Of a DNA stretch of 64,000 bases, positions 12,286 to 24,600 are shown piece by piece. The notes beneath the pieces were generated by a model that saw only the letters and a program-made list of their open reading frames with translations, did not search any database and was not told the origin of the DNA. The position numbers and the translations under genes were made by a program. The stretch comes from Tubiluchus corallicola. Its lineage: Eukaryota > Animalia > Priapulida. The stretch lies in NCBI GenBank assembly GCA_030141605.1, contig JAQGDQ010000428.1, forward strand, positions 1 to 64,000. The letters run 5' to 3'. How positions within the stretch are numbered: position 1 is the stretch's first letter; every line of letters begins with the position of its first letter.

Positions 12286-13065
12286 GTGAATAAATAATAA
12301 TGAAAGTAAACAGATGAACAAATATAAACTTCAACCTTTTTTCTTTAAAATAGATATGGAGAATGTGCATTAATTAACGCAATTTCCGTCGTCGCATTTA
12401 GTGAATCGCCAGTTGACTCGGTTGTCAAATGGATTATAAGAAATCTTCACCCCCCCCCCACTCAACTCACATTCAGGTTAAGCTGTTTTATTGGGAACGT
12501 TTGATTTATAGGAAAAACCAACCCTCGAAAAATAATAATCTTATTGTATTTTAATTTACAATATTAGAAATATTGAAATTACCACGTAATTTACGCGCAC
12601 AAAATGCCTTGCTTAAAAATGTATGTGAATTTAAATCATCACTGTATCCCACAATAAACTTCATGTGGATAATGGATATACATGTTTTTGAGAAAAATGA
12701 TGTAGTTGGTGACTGCACGAAGGCATGCGTAACAAAACTTGTGCTGTTCACTCAAAAATTCCCACTATTCTAGCTGACTAAATCTTTGAGCTTAACAGTG
12801 TTTATGTAAAAGCTGGTTAAAGTGAACTCAATCACTGTCTGCATTAATCATAGAACTGGAGGTCATTAAATCATCAGTAACTATAGTTCGATTTCATTAG
12901 TACACATGCAGTGGTTAATGCGATTCAATTGTATTAGAATTTTTTATTTTGCTTTATTTTTTAACCTGTCATAAAATACCCAGCAGATAATGTTACCTTT
13001 TGTAAAATTTTGACAATAAATAAAAATCTTGTTACTACTAGCTAGGGCAAAGATGAATGATGATA

Positions 13066-13069
<4 letters not shown>

Positions 13070-13142
<73 letters not shown>
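13070..13142. repeat. (GA)n microsatellite
   Basis: Perfect GA run. Confidence 0.97.
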
Positions 13143-13146
<4 letters not shown>

Positions 13147-13933
13147 GGTGGGAGAGAAGAAGGGAGAAAAAGCATTCACGAGCTGGCTGTCTTCTGCTAA
13201 TGGCTTTAAAAGGCTTTTTGTGCTAATAGGTTACATGTGTGAACAAGTTCCAAGTAAATAAACTGCTTGGGTTTTTTAGGTATGCATGAATGTAATTTAT
13301 CGAAAATTCGATTCAACAATACCAGCGAACAAAGATTATACAAAATGTCTTCTAGAATTTTCAGCCTCAAAAGTGAATCAAGAAGGCCTTCCAAAATTAT
13401 GATCAGGAGAAATTGAAAAGAAGATTTCCTCTGCATTTTACTGTTTATCCCAGAACTTTTGTTATCTGTTATTTAGTGACTTTACTGCTTGTTGTTTGTT
13501 ATAGTGTTAACTGTTAAGTAACTATTAACATCTGTGCCCGTTTGAACACTTTGGTTTGGTGTTCTTTTAGGCAGTGTACCTTAACTTGTAATTAAAATGG
13601 CACTGCTCTTTAAATTGTAATAAAGCCGTAACTGCAATCATTTACTCTTTTATGTATATCAGTATAACACAATGTTATGGTTATAACACTGCTATTTGTA
13701 AATAAATCTCTCTTATATGCTATTTGTAATTTTGTATTTCGATACGCATTTCGCTGCGGCAGTTAGAAATCAGTTATTTTAACTGGGTATTAGCCTTTTC
13801 AAAGATTCCTTTTATTGCCATAGTTTATAAATGCTTAAAATAGACGCCAGTGAAAATTATGTGAAGAAAAACAGTTATTTTTTTACGTTTTAGTCGAATA
13901 TATTTACGCAGCTTTGCACATTGAACAAAAACG

Positions 13934-15112
13934 ATGGCTGACATTGCTAAAGTTATAATGCCCATACCAGTTGGACCTCTTCAACAAATACTAAGACCTT
14001 TTCCTCTTCAGCCTGGGCCTGGTGTATCCAGTTTTTCATTTGCGCAAGTCGCTCAGCCAACTTTCTCCAGCGGAAGTACAAATTTGTTCGGGGCAAGTGT
14101 ACTTACCTTGGGTTGTTACGAAGAACTATGTAAGGCAGACCTTGTGAGTCCTGGAATGGGTCTAAAACTGTTGGTTGTTAGGTTATTGCAGCATAGAGAA
14201 AATAAAAGCGTTGCTGCGCAAGTAGATTTACAACCTTGGATGAAGCAGAGAGAGATCATAGGAAAAGTGACAATCGAGTTTATGACACCAACAAGCTTGG
14301 AGAATGGTGGGCTAGGGGACCATCTTTCGTACGTTAAGCCATCACTTAGAGAATTTCTCCCAGAGAGCTTCTTTCATTGTGATCGCGCATTTACTGCTCA
14401 TAGCATTTGCACTATGCGTTCTCAAACCTGTGATTTTTTATCTTGGAGATCTGTTGACATTAAGCAGGATTTTATAAAGTCTCAGCAAATAATGGGTCGT
14501 CTAGATGCAGTTTTGTTTACAGTACAACTGGAAGCTGTGCCTATCAGCTCCAGTAACTTCTCTTGTCTACTAGAGGATATGAAACAGCTTTTTGAAAAAG
14601 GGCTGCATTGTGATGTAACCATTAATGTTGTTGGCACTTTGCTGCATGCCCATAAATCTGTACTAAGTTGTCGTTCTCCTGTTTTTGAAGCCATGTTCAG
14701 AAATGATACAAAAGAAGCAAGAGAGAGCCTGGTGATCATTGATGACGCTGATGCTGATACCGTAAAGGAGATGCTCGAATACATGTACACAGGGCGGGCA
14801 CCAAATATCAACACTGTAGCTCACAAGCTGTTACCACTTGCAGATAAATACCAGTTGCAAGGATTACTCGCTACCTGTGTATCAGTCCTCACTGGTAATA
14901 TTAATATAGAAAGTGTTGTCAGTCTGTTGATACTGAGTGACACTTACCACATTGATGAATTAAAACAAATTGCATTGCATTTTATGTGCAGGAATAGCAT
15001 ACAAGTTTGCAATTCATCAGACTGGAATTCTTTGCTGCAATATCCCCATCTGCTGTCAGATGCATTTAAAACTATGGCTGACCTTGGCATCACATATAAG
15101 ACTGAGAAATAA
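13934..15112 (+). CDS. SPOP/TDPOZ-like BTB-BACK protein with divergent N-terminal domain, 392 aa, intronless CDS
   Basis: LLEDMKQLFEKGLHCDVTINV..HAHKSVLSCRSPVFEAMF..MLEYMYTG..LLPLADKYQL (SPOP-type BTB), then NIESVVSLLILSDTYHIDELKQIALHF..SDW..L..YPHL (SPOP-type BACK). Acceptor TTTTAG at 13893. Confidence 0.88.
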   Translation: MADIAKVIMPIPVGPLQQILRPFPLQPGPGVSSFSFAQVAQPTFSSGSTNLFGASVLTLGCYEELCKADLVSPGMGLKLLVVRLLQHRENKSVAAQVDLQPWMKQREIIGKVTIEFMTPTSLENGGLGDHLSYVKPSLREFLPESFFHCDRAFTAHSICTMRSQTCDFLSWRSVDIKQDFIKSQQIMGRLDAVLFTVQLEAVPISSSNFSCLLEDMKQLFEKGLHCDVTINVVGTLLHAHKSVLSCRSPVFEAMFRNDTKEARESLVIIDDADADTVKEMLEYMYTGRAPNINTVAHKLLPLADKYQLQGLLATCVSVLTGNINIESVVSLLILSDTYHIDELKQIALHFMCRNSIQVCNSSDWNSLLQYPHLLSDAFKTMADLGITYKTEK

Positions 15113-18100
15113 TCCACTTGTTTTTTTCAACTAAATTTTAAGTGATATAAAATATACACTTAAATATGAAACTTATATATACTTAATATAAAATATAGCT
15201 TATTATTGACTACTGTCTTACTTGTTACTAACTTATAGTACATATAGTACAGACATCAGACGATACAAATTTGGTGGCATGATAATGATAGAATGTGATA
15301 CTTTTCACAGTGATACTCAATTTTTCAGGTGATGCAATGCAATGATTTTATTTTGAATGATAAAATAATACTGAGCTGAAAAACCTGTGCAACAGCAGAA
15401 AAAATTCACATTACTAACTGTTAAAATCATCATGTGCTTGAATGCATTCAGTGAAGTAGTTTTTAGTAATTGCTATTTACTGAAAAATGTATTAAAGTAT
15501 CTCTGAAGGCAAAATATGATTTGGTGTTAAAAAGTAGTATCTGGTAGCTATGTCATGTTTAGAAAATGAGGAAAAGTTTTGTACAGGCAAAAATATGCTG
15601 TGCCTATGCGGTAAGATACGAGTAAAATGGTACTATATAAGAATTCTTCCTGCCAAATTTACAAAATTATGTCAGACTACATATCACAGACAGCCAAAAT
15701 AATTTTGAAATATGTCAACTAAAGAGGTAAACAATTTATTATTTATAGTAGTTCTATATGGTGTTCCATTAGGCAATATGAACAGTAGTGGGCCGAGTGC
15801 TCCCGCGAATCAAATTATACTGCAAGCTGCTGGGTTACAATTTTCTGGGTCAATACATGTACAGAAATCATTTAATTAATGTAATAATCTAGTAATGTGA
15901 TACTTTTCTGGCTAAATTGCGTGAAAATTATATTTGCCGTAGGTTAGGAATAAGAACTGCAACACTCCCAATTTGGGCAGGGGACAAAATTGACCGATTT
16001 TATGGAGACCTGCTTTTCTACAGATTTTGAAATATTTCTCCCGATGTTCACCCAACGGCTACGTCACTTCAATGTAAAAATCGCACAAAATGCTATCGCT
16101 TTGAGATATAAATACTCCCTTTCTTTGCCGGAAATAGAATCGCCCGTCTATCATGTTAGACAAGGCAAAAAATCATCTGGAAAGCAGTGTGCATAGAGTA
16201 GAGGTGTGTGACCACGAAAAAATTACAAGACAGCCAAATTTTAGACATTATGAACAATATTTTAGCTTAAATATCTTCTGTCTTTCTCTTCTGGGTCCTC
16301 TTCAGCACATTCAGAAAAATGCCAGAAACATTTTCCTAAGTGCTTAAAATGCAGGGAGCACTCTTTCAAAGGATTAAAATGCGCTGTCTGAAAGGCATTT
16401 CTACATAGTTTGCAGTTTTCTGTTCCTTCTGCACATTACGTCAGTGAGGAAACACGGTCTATTCAGGTTTAAAGCCGTCGTTGATTAAGTACAAGAAGCA
16501 CACGTTGTCATACTGCTTTCATGCAATTTTTTCTTGTCGAACAGACTGTCATGCCCAAGAATCCACTGATTTCTTACAAGTTAATTTGTTAGAAAACGAA
16601 ATTTTTAATGGTCACTTTTTGTCAAAAGCACTGTTCGAATGGACTGCAACTTAGCAGTGAGACATGTAAAAAGCAGAACTAACCAGAAAAGAGAAAATTA
16701 ACTATGCTGCAATAAGAAAACAGAGAAGTGAGAGATACCAGTGACATCACGCTAAAAGTTTCTCAGGCCATATATTGTTACTAATATTTTTTTCATCTAT
16801 GTATCGCATTGAAGTGGGTGTGGACAAAATTATGATTTGAGCTTAATGTTAAAACAGCATTTAGTGCTGCTTTATGAAATGTAATATTTATAAGACAACG
16901 AAAAAATAAAATTTACATATCGATGTGGTAATCAAGAATTATGGTACCATTGTTTATTGTTGATATGTATCGTTATCATTATTATCGCTAATGTATAGTG
17001 CTTTGTTGAATCCGGTGTATTGCTGTGTTCTCTTTCATCCGGTGTACTGTGCTCGTTGATTTGTTTGATTGTTGTTTAAATCTTTGTGTCTTAAATTTGA
17101 TGTTTCTGATGTGTACAACATATTGCAGAGGTGATTTTTCCAGGTATCTCATTCGTGAATTTCGGGCAAGATTTCATTAAATTGTATAACTTCCCCAGCT
17201 TACCGTGATAGGGTCTTAGCTGACATTAACTGCAATCAGTAATTAATAACTAACTGCAAGAAGTCTACAAATATATCCCTTTTACAACCTTTTTGTAAAC
17301 GGCTAACATTGTTTTCTCAATGCTAACAACGTTAGTTTTAATAGACTAGAAATACATGATAGCCCCAAAGCTTTTCATAAACTATGAAATAGGTGTTGTA
17401 GCTGGGTACAAGACAGTGTTACTCATTTTGTTTGTAAAACTTTAGCTATCCAACTAGTTGTTCAGTTTTTTGCTATTCATTATTGAGAATAATATTTAAC
17501 AATAATTATATTTATATTGCTTTATGTTTAACTTGTTTTAGTGGTTAATGTTCTCGAGTATTAAAAGTTAGATGTGATAGTTCATTATATACATATTTAT
17601 ATACATATATATGCATGACTGTATACGAATCTTTACTGGATGTACAAACATGTGATAAACGTATGATTTACATAGCCTAAATTTGCTGAAGTCGATTTAG
17701 ACTGTATGTTATCTGACGTGTGATAAGAATGTCCATTACAAAAAATTGCACTTGCAACCTCATAAGGTATTTCAAGCATTTATTGAGTAAAACAACGTAT
17801 GTCTACACAATCATAAATAATTATGCTAGCAAGGATAGAAATACTTTTTTATGTTCAATAAAAGTTTGTCCGTGACATGATATGCATGCAGTCATGTCCA
17901 TAACACTTATTGTAAACTTTTATCATCTCTTACACGCACAAAAGAAAATAAGGTTGGCTTGATGCTCTAATTGTCAAAATTATTAATACTAGTTCTTATT
18001 CTGCAATTAATTTTACTTGTTAATATGCAATTAAATAGTTTAACAAAGTTTTGTTGCTTGTAATAATAAAAAAACAAATCTATATAAAAATTTGTATATG

Positions 18101-20091
18101 TTTTCCTGTGCACTATGCTTATTCTCAACTTAGTCTATATTCTAGCTAATCATCAGCTTATGCTTTGCATTTGCAATATAATGATATTCAGTTTGAGAAA
18201 ACCAATTGCTAATTTGATTAAACAATTAATAGTTGCCTTCATATGCTTTGACTGCATTATCAAATATAATCAGTACATTTCAAAACTTCATTTGATAGTC
18301 GCCTTGAAATTTAATGCCTTAGGCTTATGCCAAGTTATTACTAATTTAATGACAACTGCCAATATAAAATCAATGGTAAAAAAATAATCACACATGTTGA
18401 TGACGATGATGCTGAAAGATCCAGTTCTGGGACAAAAATTTCATCAAAAACGATCTAATTTATTTACAGATAGATAGACAACCTGAAAACCCAACAATTT
18501 ACAAGTTTGTTAATTAACCAATAACTGAGAAATTTCGAATAATTACAAATCATTATGATGCAATGAATCCATTGAATTTAGAAAATAAAGTCGAGAAAAA
18601 GAAAAGAATTGTGAAGAAGACAAGTGAGCTTGAATTTGAATGCAGCTTGCTTTAACTTACAAATTGAATCAAAGAGGGTCTTAATTCAAGCTAACACTTC
18701 TAACTGTGTTTTTCACTTATGCTAGAGTAACTACAGATCAATTAGATTATTTTTGGAATTAATTTACAGCCTGGAATAATCTGGTGTGATTGATTAATTA
18801 AAGAACATTATTAAATATAGAAAGGAAACTTGTTTAAAAGAGAAACTGTGAAGCTCTTTATGTGAAGAGAAATAGCTGAGTGGTTGCATTGTGCATACCT
18901 ATGAATAATTAAAGTTAACTGGAAGGGGAACCACTAGGAAAATTTCTCTTAGGCAGTTTTATCCAACCGTACTGTTTCCAGCTCTTGTGATAAAAACGTG
19001 TTTGCACGGAAGCATGGCTAAGACACTTCTATGAGATCAGCATCTCATCTCGGGGAATGTGTTTGAGCTAGATTCTGGTCTTGCCAAACTCATCTACGTA
19101 ATGAGCTAACTAACACTGTGAGCTAAAAATACTATCACATTATGTCCAACTGTAGAAAAAATTTCATTTCGGTCAAATTTTTGACCTGGTTCATCATTAA
19201 TTGAAACCTTGAAATTATAAACAAACATAATTATTACAAATGATTAATCAGAAATGCTGATGCAGCTAATAACTATGATAATCTTTCACTGAAATATCAA
19301 ACAAACAGTAAGTGAAGTTACAAATGCATTTTACCTTCACGGTTCGCCACCGTAAACCAAAATTTCCTTATTTTGGACATTAAGCCAAAACATAACTTTG
19401 TTTGTGTACAATTGTGGCACAAAACTCCACATTTTGGAGTCTATTATTTCCACAAAGCATAGTGTTTGCAGGCCTGTTACAAAAGTACAATTTTAACCTG
19501 TATTCTTTATAATGTTGTTCCAAGCATATATATATATATATATGTGTGTGTGTGAGTGTGTGTGTGCGTCTGCGTGCATACTGCAGTATGAACAAATAAT
19601 TCTTAAGTCCATCTAACTACTATTCAAACCATTCTATTACTGTTACAAGCCTAAACGATTTTTAACATGTAAGACAATTCTTATGCATGGCTTGTTTTCC
19701 ACTATAAACCATATAAATAATGATCAATATAGGTAATATACTGCGAATAACTCAATTTGAGCATAAATTGACATGATGATAAATATTAAGTCATGTAAAA
19801 AAAGAATCACTTCCACATTTAAAAAATGTGCGCTTCAGCAATAAATATCTACGATCATAAAATTTAAGAAAAACGAGTTTGCAAGGGAAGTACACGTATT
19901 ACAACATATACACAAATACTAAAAAAATCATTCATATATTACTTAAACTGCACACAAACCATTATTTTGTGTCCCTAAAGCACGACAGCATAAAGTGGTA
20001 GGGATTTAGGTATTTGGGGAACACACCAAAGGCAAAGTACTGAATTTAACTTGAGTCAAATGCCACTGATTGTCCAATCTGATACATGCTC

Positions 20092-20237
20092 TTATTTCAT
20101 TCCCTTCCAGGAAACTATATCATTGAATGAAGTGTGTATTCTCTTACACTGAGATGTGTGGTTTCTGGGCCATCGATAAAAGAAGCTGTGGCTACTATGA
20201 GCTTCTACCAGCTGTGCATGCGAATGCATCGCAATTT
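20092..20237 (-). CDS. MTSS1: Candidate alternative terminal coding exon of MTSS1 (KIAMHSHAQLVEAH...SWKGMK*)
   Basis: Acceptor GATTTTAG at 20238. Only the phase-1 frame stays open (48 codons to TAA at 20092), matching the phase-1 donor A|GTAAGA at 21648. No homology recognised. Confidence 0.45.
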
Positions 20238-20640
20238 CTAAAATCAACTATAAAGTTATTATGATTTACTTTCAAAATTTTTATTGGATTTAAAACATAT
20301 AAAGGGAAGTTATTTTGGGATTTGGTACACAAATTTTAATGCTTTCAATGATAAAAGGTCAATGACAGTTATTATAATGGATTTTTGACGTCAGCTCAAC
20401 TCACTTTTTCTCCTGTATTGATCTGTATTGGTGTCACCAAAAAAGCAATTAAACCATATTTTTGCCTTTCTACTGTCTACCTTGTTTTGCCCAAAACAGG
20501 TAAAAACACTTTATGTAAATCTGTACTATACTAAAATAAAAGTGCAGACATAATTCTCAACTATTGTGAAAAGTTGAAAACACCAGTTACAAAAACAAAA
20601 AATTTGACTGATGGCTCTCAGTAAACTTTAGACTTTCAAG

Positions 20641-21359
20641 TACAGAAAGTCCTCACTTAATGACACTAATGCATTCCAACAAAATTCGACGTTAAGCGAA
20701 ATGTTGTTAAACGAAGCCAAGACTTCCATAGAGAGTAATGTAAAAGAACTGAGCTACGTTCCAGAGACAAGAATCAATACTGCTTAAATCATAAAAGTTA
20801 AACATTCTATGAGTTTTATTCCTATTTCTACTGATTAATGTCTTCCTGTTTGCCTGAAACCACCTATACATTTTACTTACCAATACCTAACTATAGCGAT
20901 TTCTCTTTCGTTAACATTTAAGCCTAGTCAATGGTTGAACAATAAACACTGCAGAGTCAAGCCCTGGAATGACCAAGCCCTGGGAATTTTACCTATACTT
21001 AGTTTGGTTGCTACAGCAACAGGTTGCAGGCAAAATTGCTCGCTGGTCACTTGATACACAAACTGCTAGTAATACAGCAGTAGCATCAGTACTTAGTCAG
21101 AAAGCAAAAATACGTATAATAATTACAAAGTTTACATTACTAGTGCGGTTTTAGAACACAATAACGCAATAGGTGCTGTTTAAACACATCAAATTAGATA
21201 AACATTTTGTTAATCAAATAAAAATTTGCCTTGACTAAAGTAAAGAATCGTCGTTAAAGCGAAACATGCATTGTTAAGTGAAAAAGAAGGTGTCAAATGA
21301 TCGGAGTCGTAAAATGAAGCATCATTAAACGGGGAGTCATTAAGCGTGAACTTACGGTA
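20641..21359. mobile_element. Non-autonomous pogo/Tigger-like (Tc1/mariner) element, ~720 bp
   Basis: Left end TACAGAAAGTCCTCACTTAATGACAC versus reverse complement of right end TACCGTAAGTTCACGCTTAATGACTC (20/26 identical); TA at both ends. Confidence 0.75.
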
Positions 21360-21609
21360 TGAAATGCGATAAGAAATGGTCAGTTGTATTTGCTTATCCA
21401 CTCACAAGTCAATTGGTAGTTCTGGAGGGGGTATGCTACTCAGTCAGTACTCAACATATTTTTTTAGTATCTTGTAAGCTGCAGTTTTCCAGCTTAATTA
21501 ATTACTGTTGCGTAATTTCAGCAAAGTAACATATCACGCCATATAAGTAATAAACATAAAGCATCTGCGGCTAAAAATTGGTCAATGGTGGGGAAGAATA
21601 ATTGCGACG

Positions 21610-24600
21610 TTATACATCAGTCTGTTTTGTGCTTGCTCGAATCTTACTGTTATCACGACTCCTGGGATATGCATTCTCTTCTCCATTTCGACTAGAATAT
21701 CTCTCAGACAAATCAGAGTATCGTCTCTGCTGAATGTGCTGATATGCCGCATTTGAGTCTTGAACTTCTGTGTAGTTTGCGTTGAGGCTATGAACTAGGC
21801 TCCTTTGTGCAAATGCCACCTCCTCACATTCTGCTTTTATAGGAGTGGAATTCTGTGAGTCCTCTGACTGACATTCATCTTCACTAGAGGCAGGGCAGGG
21901 ATTGCGCGATTCCCCGGGAAGACTGCTAGAGCGTAGATGCCCAGGAGATGCCTTGTGAATTACCCTTGGTTTCCTGTTAGTGAAAATAATTCAGAATACA
22001 ATGATATTGTTCTTATTTTTCAAACTTTGCAAATTGGCTTGCATAAAACCAAACATTTGTGTCCCTCTGACTGACTTCTGTACAATCATATCTCAGTTTG
22101 CCAGACCTCACTTTTACAAATATCGCAAGAATCGGACAAAATCTGGACCACTAAAAAGTCCCACATACTACGAACACAGTCCGTTGTTTCACGAGCTGAC
22201 CACTAGCTGGCGGGTCGTCACTTTGTTAATACCAGTACATTAGTGTAACCACGTGTATGTCTCAATGTATGAGGAGCGGCCTATACTAGACGTTTTTCAG
22301 ACAAATAGACGATTGATTACAGTGAGTCTAATACACGGCACCTATTGTATTAACTTAGTATCGGTAAATACGGACAATTGGCAAATTCGGACTGATGTCT
22401 CCCAGCTTTTGTCTGGGAAACCGAGATATGAGTGTATAGACAGTCGCATATAGCAGCATCTCACTTATACCAAAACTAAAGCTGCCACATATTATAAAAT
22501 TACCATGCACCATTATTCATTTCTACAAATGAAAGTCAATTCATACTGCATTGTATCTCATTTTCTCTACATCGACAAGAAAGAAAGATGCCCAAGAATC
22601 ATAAAAAGACACAAACAGGAATTTGCGTAGAATGCCAAATATCTAATTTTGTTAAAATTGAAATGAAAAAATACAACTCGGTGTAACACAAGTTATCATG
22701 TTTTAAATAGCTACAATAATATTATCGCACTGATTATTGCAATTTTAACAGCGTAGTAAAGGCTGTCTTAACTAACTTTCATATAAACAGCTATTATCTC
22801 AAACTTGACAAAATTTTGTGTGATATGCTTTAGCATCAGTGGCACCACTCCTATATTTCATTGTATATCTTAATAATTTACTAGCAAATATTCTCAACAC
22901 ATTAATTTTTCAAAGAATATATGATCATGTTAGCTAACTGTCATAAGTCATAAATCATTTATATCACAACTGAAAAAAACTACTTCTTGTAGTTGCTAGT
23001 AAAAATCAAATTAGTTAACTATTAGAGAATAATTTTCATTCTTGCAGTAAAAATCAATTACATTTTACATAAGTTATGTGCCTATATGCAACTATATGTG
23101 CTATGAAGAACTGCGGACCTACCTTACGACAGTCGTGCTCACAGCAGATGTCTTTCTTGTTGGAACAGGAGGAGGAGTTTTGTTCACTGCACCACATCCT
23201 CTTCTTGGCGAACCTTGAACTGGATACCCTGAAGACAAAAATTCACAGTTTGTTAAAACATACCAATCCGGCAAATAAATACTTCGGTTACAACAAAACC
23301 TTTTTTATTATATGAACAAAGTTTCTTAATACAAATATCACACTGACAGTTAAGTAATCAAAAGAAAACAATAACAATGGCAATGATAATAATGACAATG
23401 ACAATGATGATGATGATGTATAGCAACTATCTATGCATAGCACAAGCAGGGTCAAATAACCTATGGTAAACTGTAATGCAAAGTAAGACGGTTAGTTTTA
23501 TCGTGTCTCACATGACTGTATATTTCAAAAATACTTCACAGACATGAACACTGAGGCTCAGGTACAGAGGAGCAGAGTTGCTGCTGCAATGATTCACAGA
23601 TCAGAGACACGGAAATTTAGCTTTCCAGGATTCACAATAAATTCCTAAACTACGAAGTTTTCAGGAAAATTCAGGCACTTTTCTTTTAGCCAAAACATAC
23701 TAATGTTTTTGGATTGTGACTCCATGTCCAAGTATAACAAGAATGAATGCAAATTTTCATAAATTAAAATACGATACGCGTGTGTTCAATAGGATTAACA
23801 TTGCTTACCGAACCACGTAAAAAGTCTAGACGATATTTCAATTTTTGACTAAATCAATATAGCTAACGAAACTACTGAACCTTACCGAAATCACTGAACT
23901 ACGTAAAAAGTGTATTTCAATTTTCGGCTAAAAAATATAATAATATAGCTAACGCAAAGGGAGCAAAAAATTAACGACAAATATGCAAAGGCATCATTTT
24001 TCACATGGGGTATGTTAGATGATTTGGATACGAACCTGACACTGAACTTCGTTTTAACTTTGATACATCACCATGTGAAAATGAGCAGTATTTGCCAAAT
24101 TCATTCTGTATGTCATTATAAATGGCAGAAAGCTCTGAAACATAACAAAAAATAAAACAAAATGCGCAATGTAGCAAAACAAACAAACAACAGCCGGCAA
24201 ACATAGGCACCCAAATTATCAATTATACAGAGAAACTACACTACGTAAGTGTATTGAGTGGTTATCAAACAGCAAATAATAAATTACAAAATGGCAAAAC
24301 ATAACAAACAGCAAAATATAAATGGGTGGGTTCTAAAAAATCAAGAATGTAGTAAGAGCAGCACAAGCAAGTCTTTCGATAAACGAAAACTAATTATCCA
24401 TAAAACTTAAAATAGTTTTTACCATTTTAAAATGACTTTATTATGAACAAATCATTTTGCTTGCAGTTGCCACATTTTTGAATGGATAAAGCTGTACTAC
24501 AGTATGCTACATGTTTACAACAATTTGCCAATGAACAAGTTGGCATTAATATTTATATACTCAATTTACTGCTACAATATTAGTGAAAGCTTTAAAATGA

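Noticed and set aside
13029-13226. 65-aa ORF with RE repeat
   Set aside because: Translation of the (GA)n microsatellite. The same applies to the poly-Ile ORF at 47921 and the TA/CA/CT-derived ORFs at 2292, 51699, 53608 and 57818.
45-15112. Kelch-only plus BTB-BACK-only genes as a split KLHL adaptor
   Set aside because: The BTB is SPOP-type with its own N-domain, two unrelated genes intervene, and the Kelch N-terminus is outside the window; proximity alone is not evidence.
16267-16335. Minus-strand ENVSGIFLNVLKRTQKRKTEDI* as a possible MTSS1 WH2 exon
   Set aside because: Only vague resemblance; lacks LKKT and NDRS motifs, has no phase-matched donor identified and lies in repeat-like sequence.
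15245-16998. Possible hAT-type element with CGATA-rich ends and CKLC/CSLHF motifs
   Set aside because: TIRs and target duplication could not be defined; the motifs do not form a coherent BED or THAP domain.
19068-19380. Possible spliced micro-ORF MSKIRKFWFTVANRE/DEFGKTRI on the minus strand
   Set aside because: 23 aa, no homology; expected by chance in probable 3'UTR or intergenic sequence.
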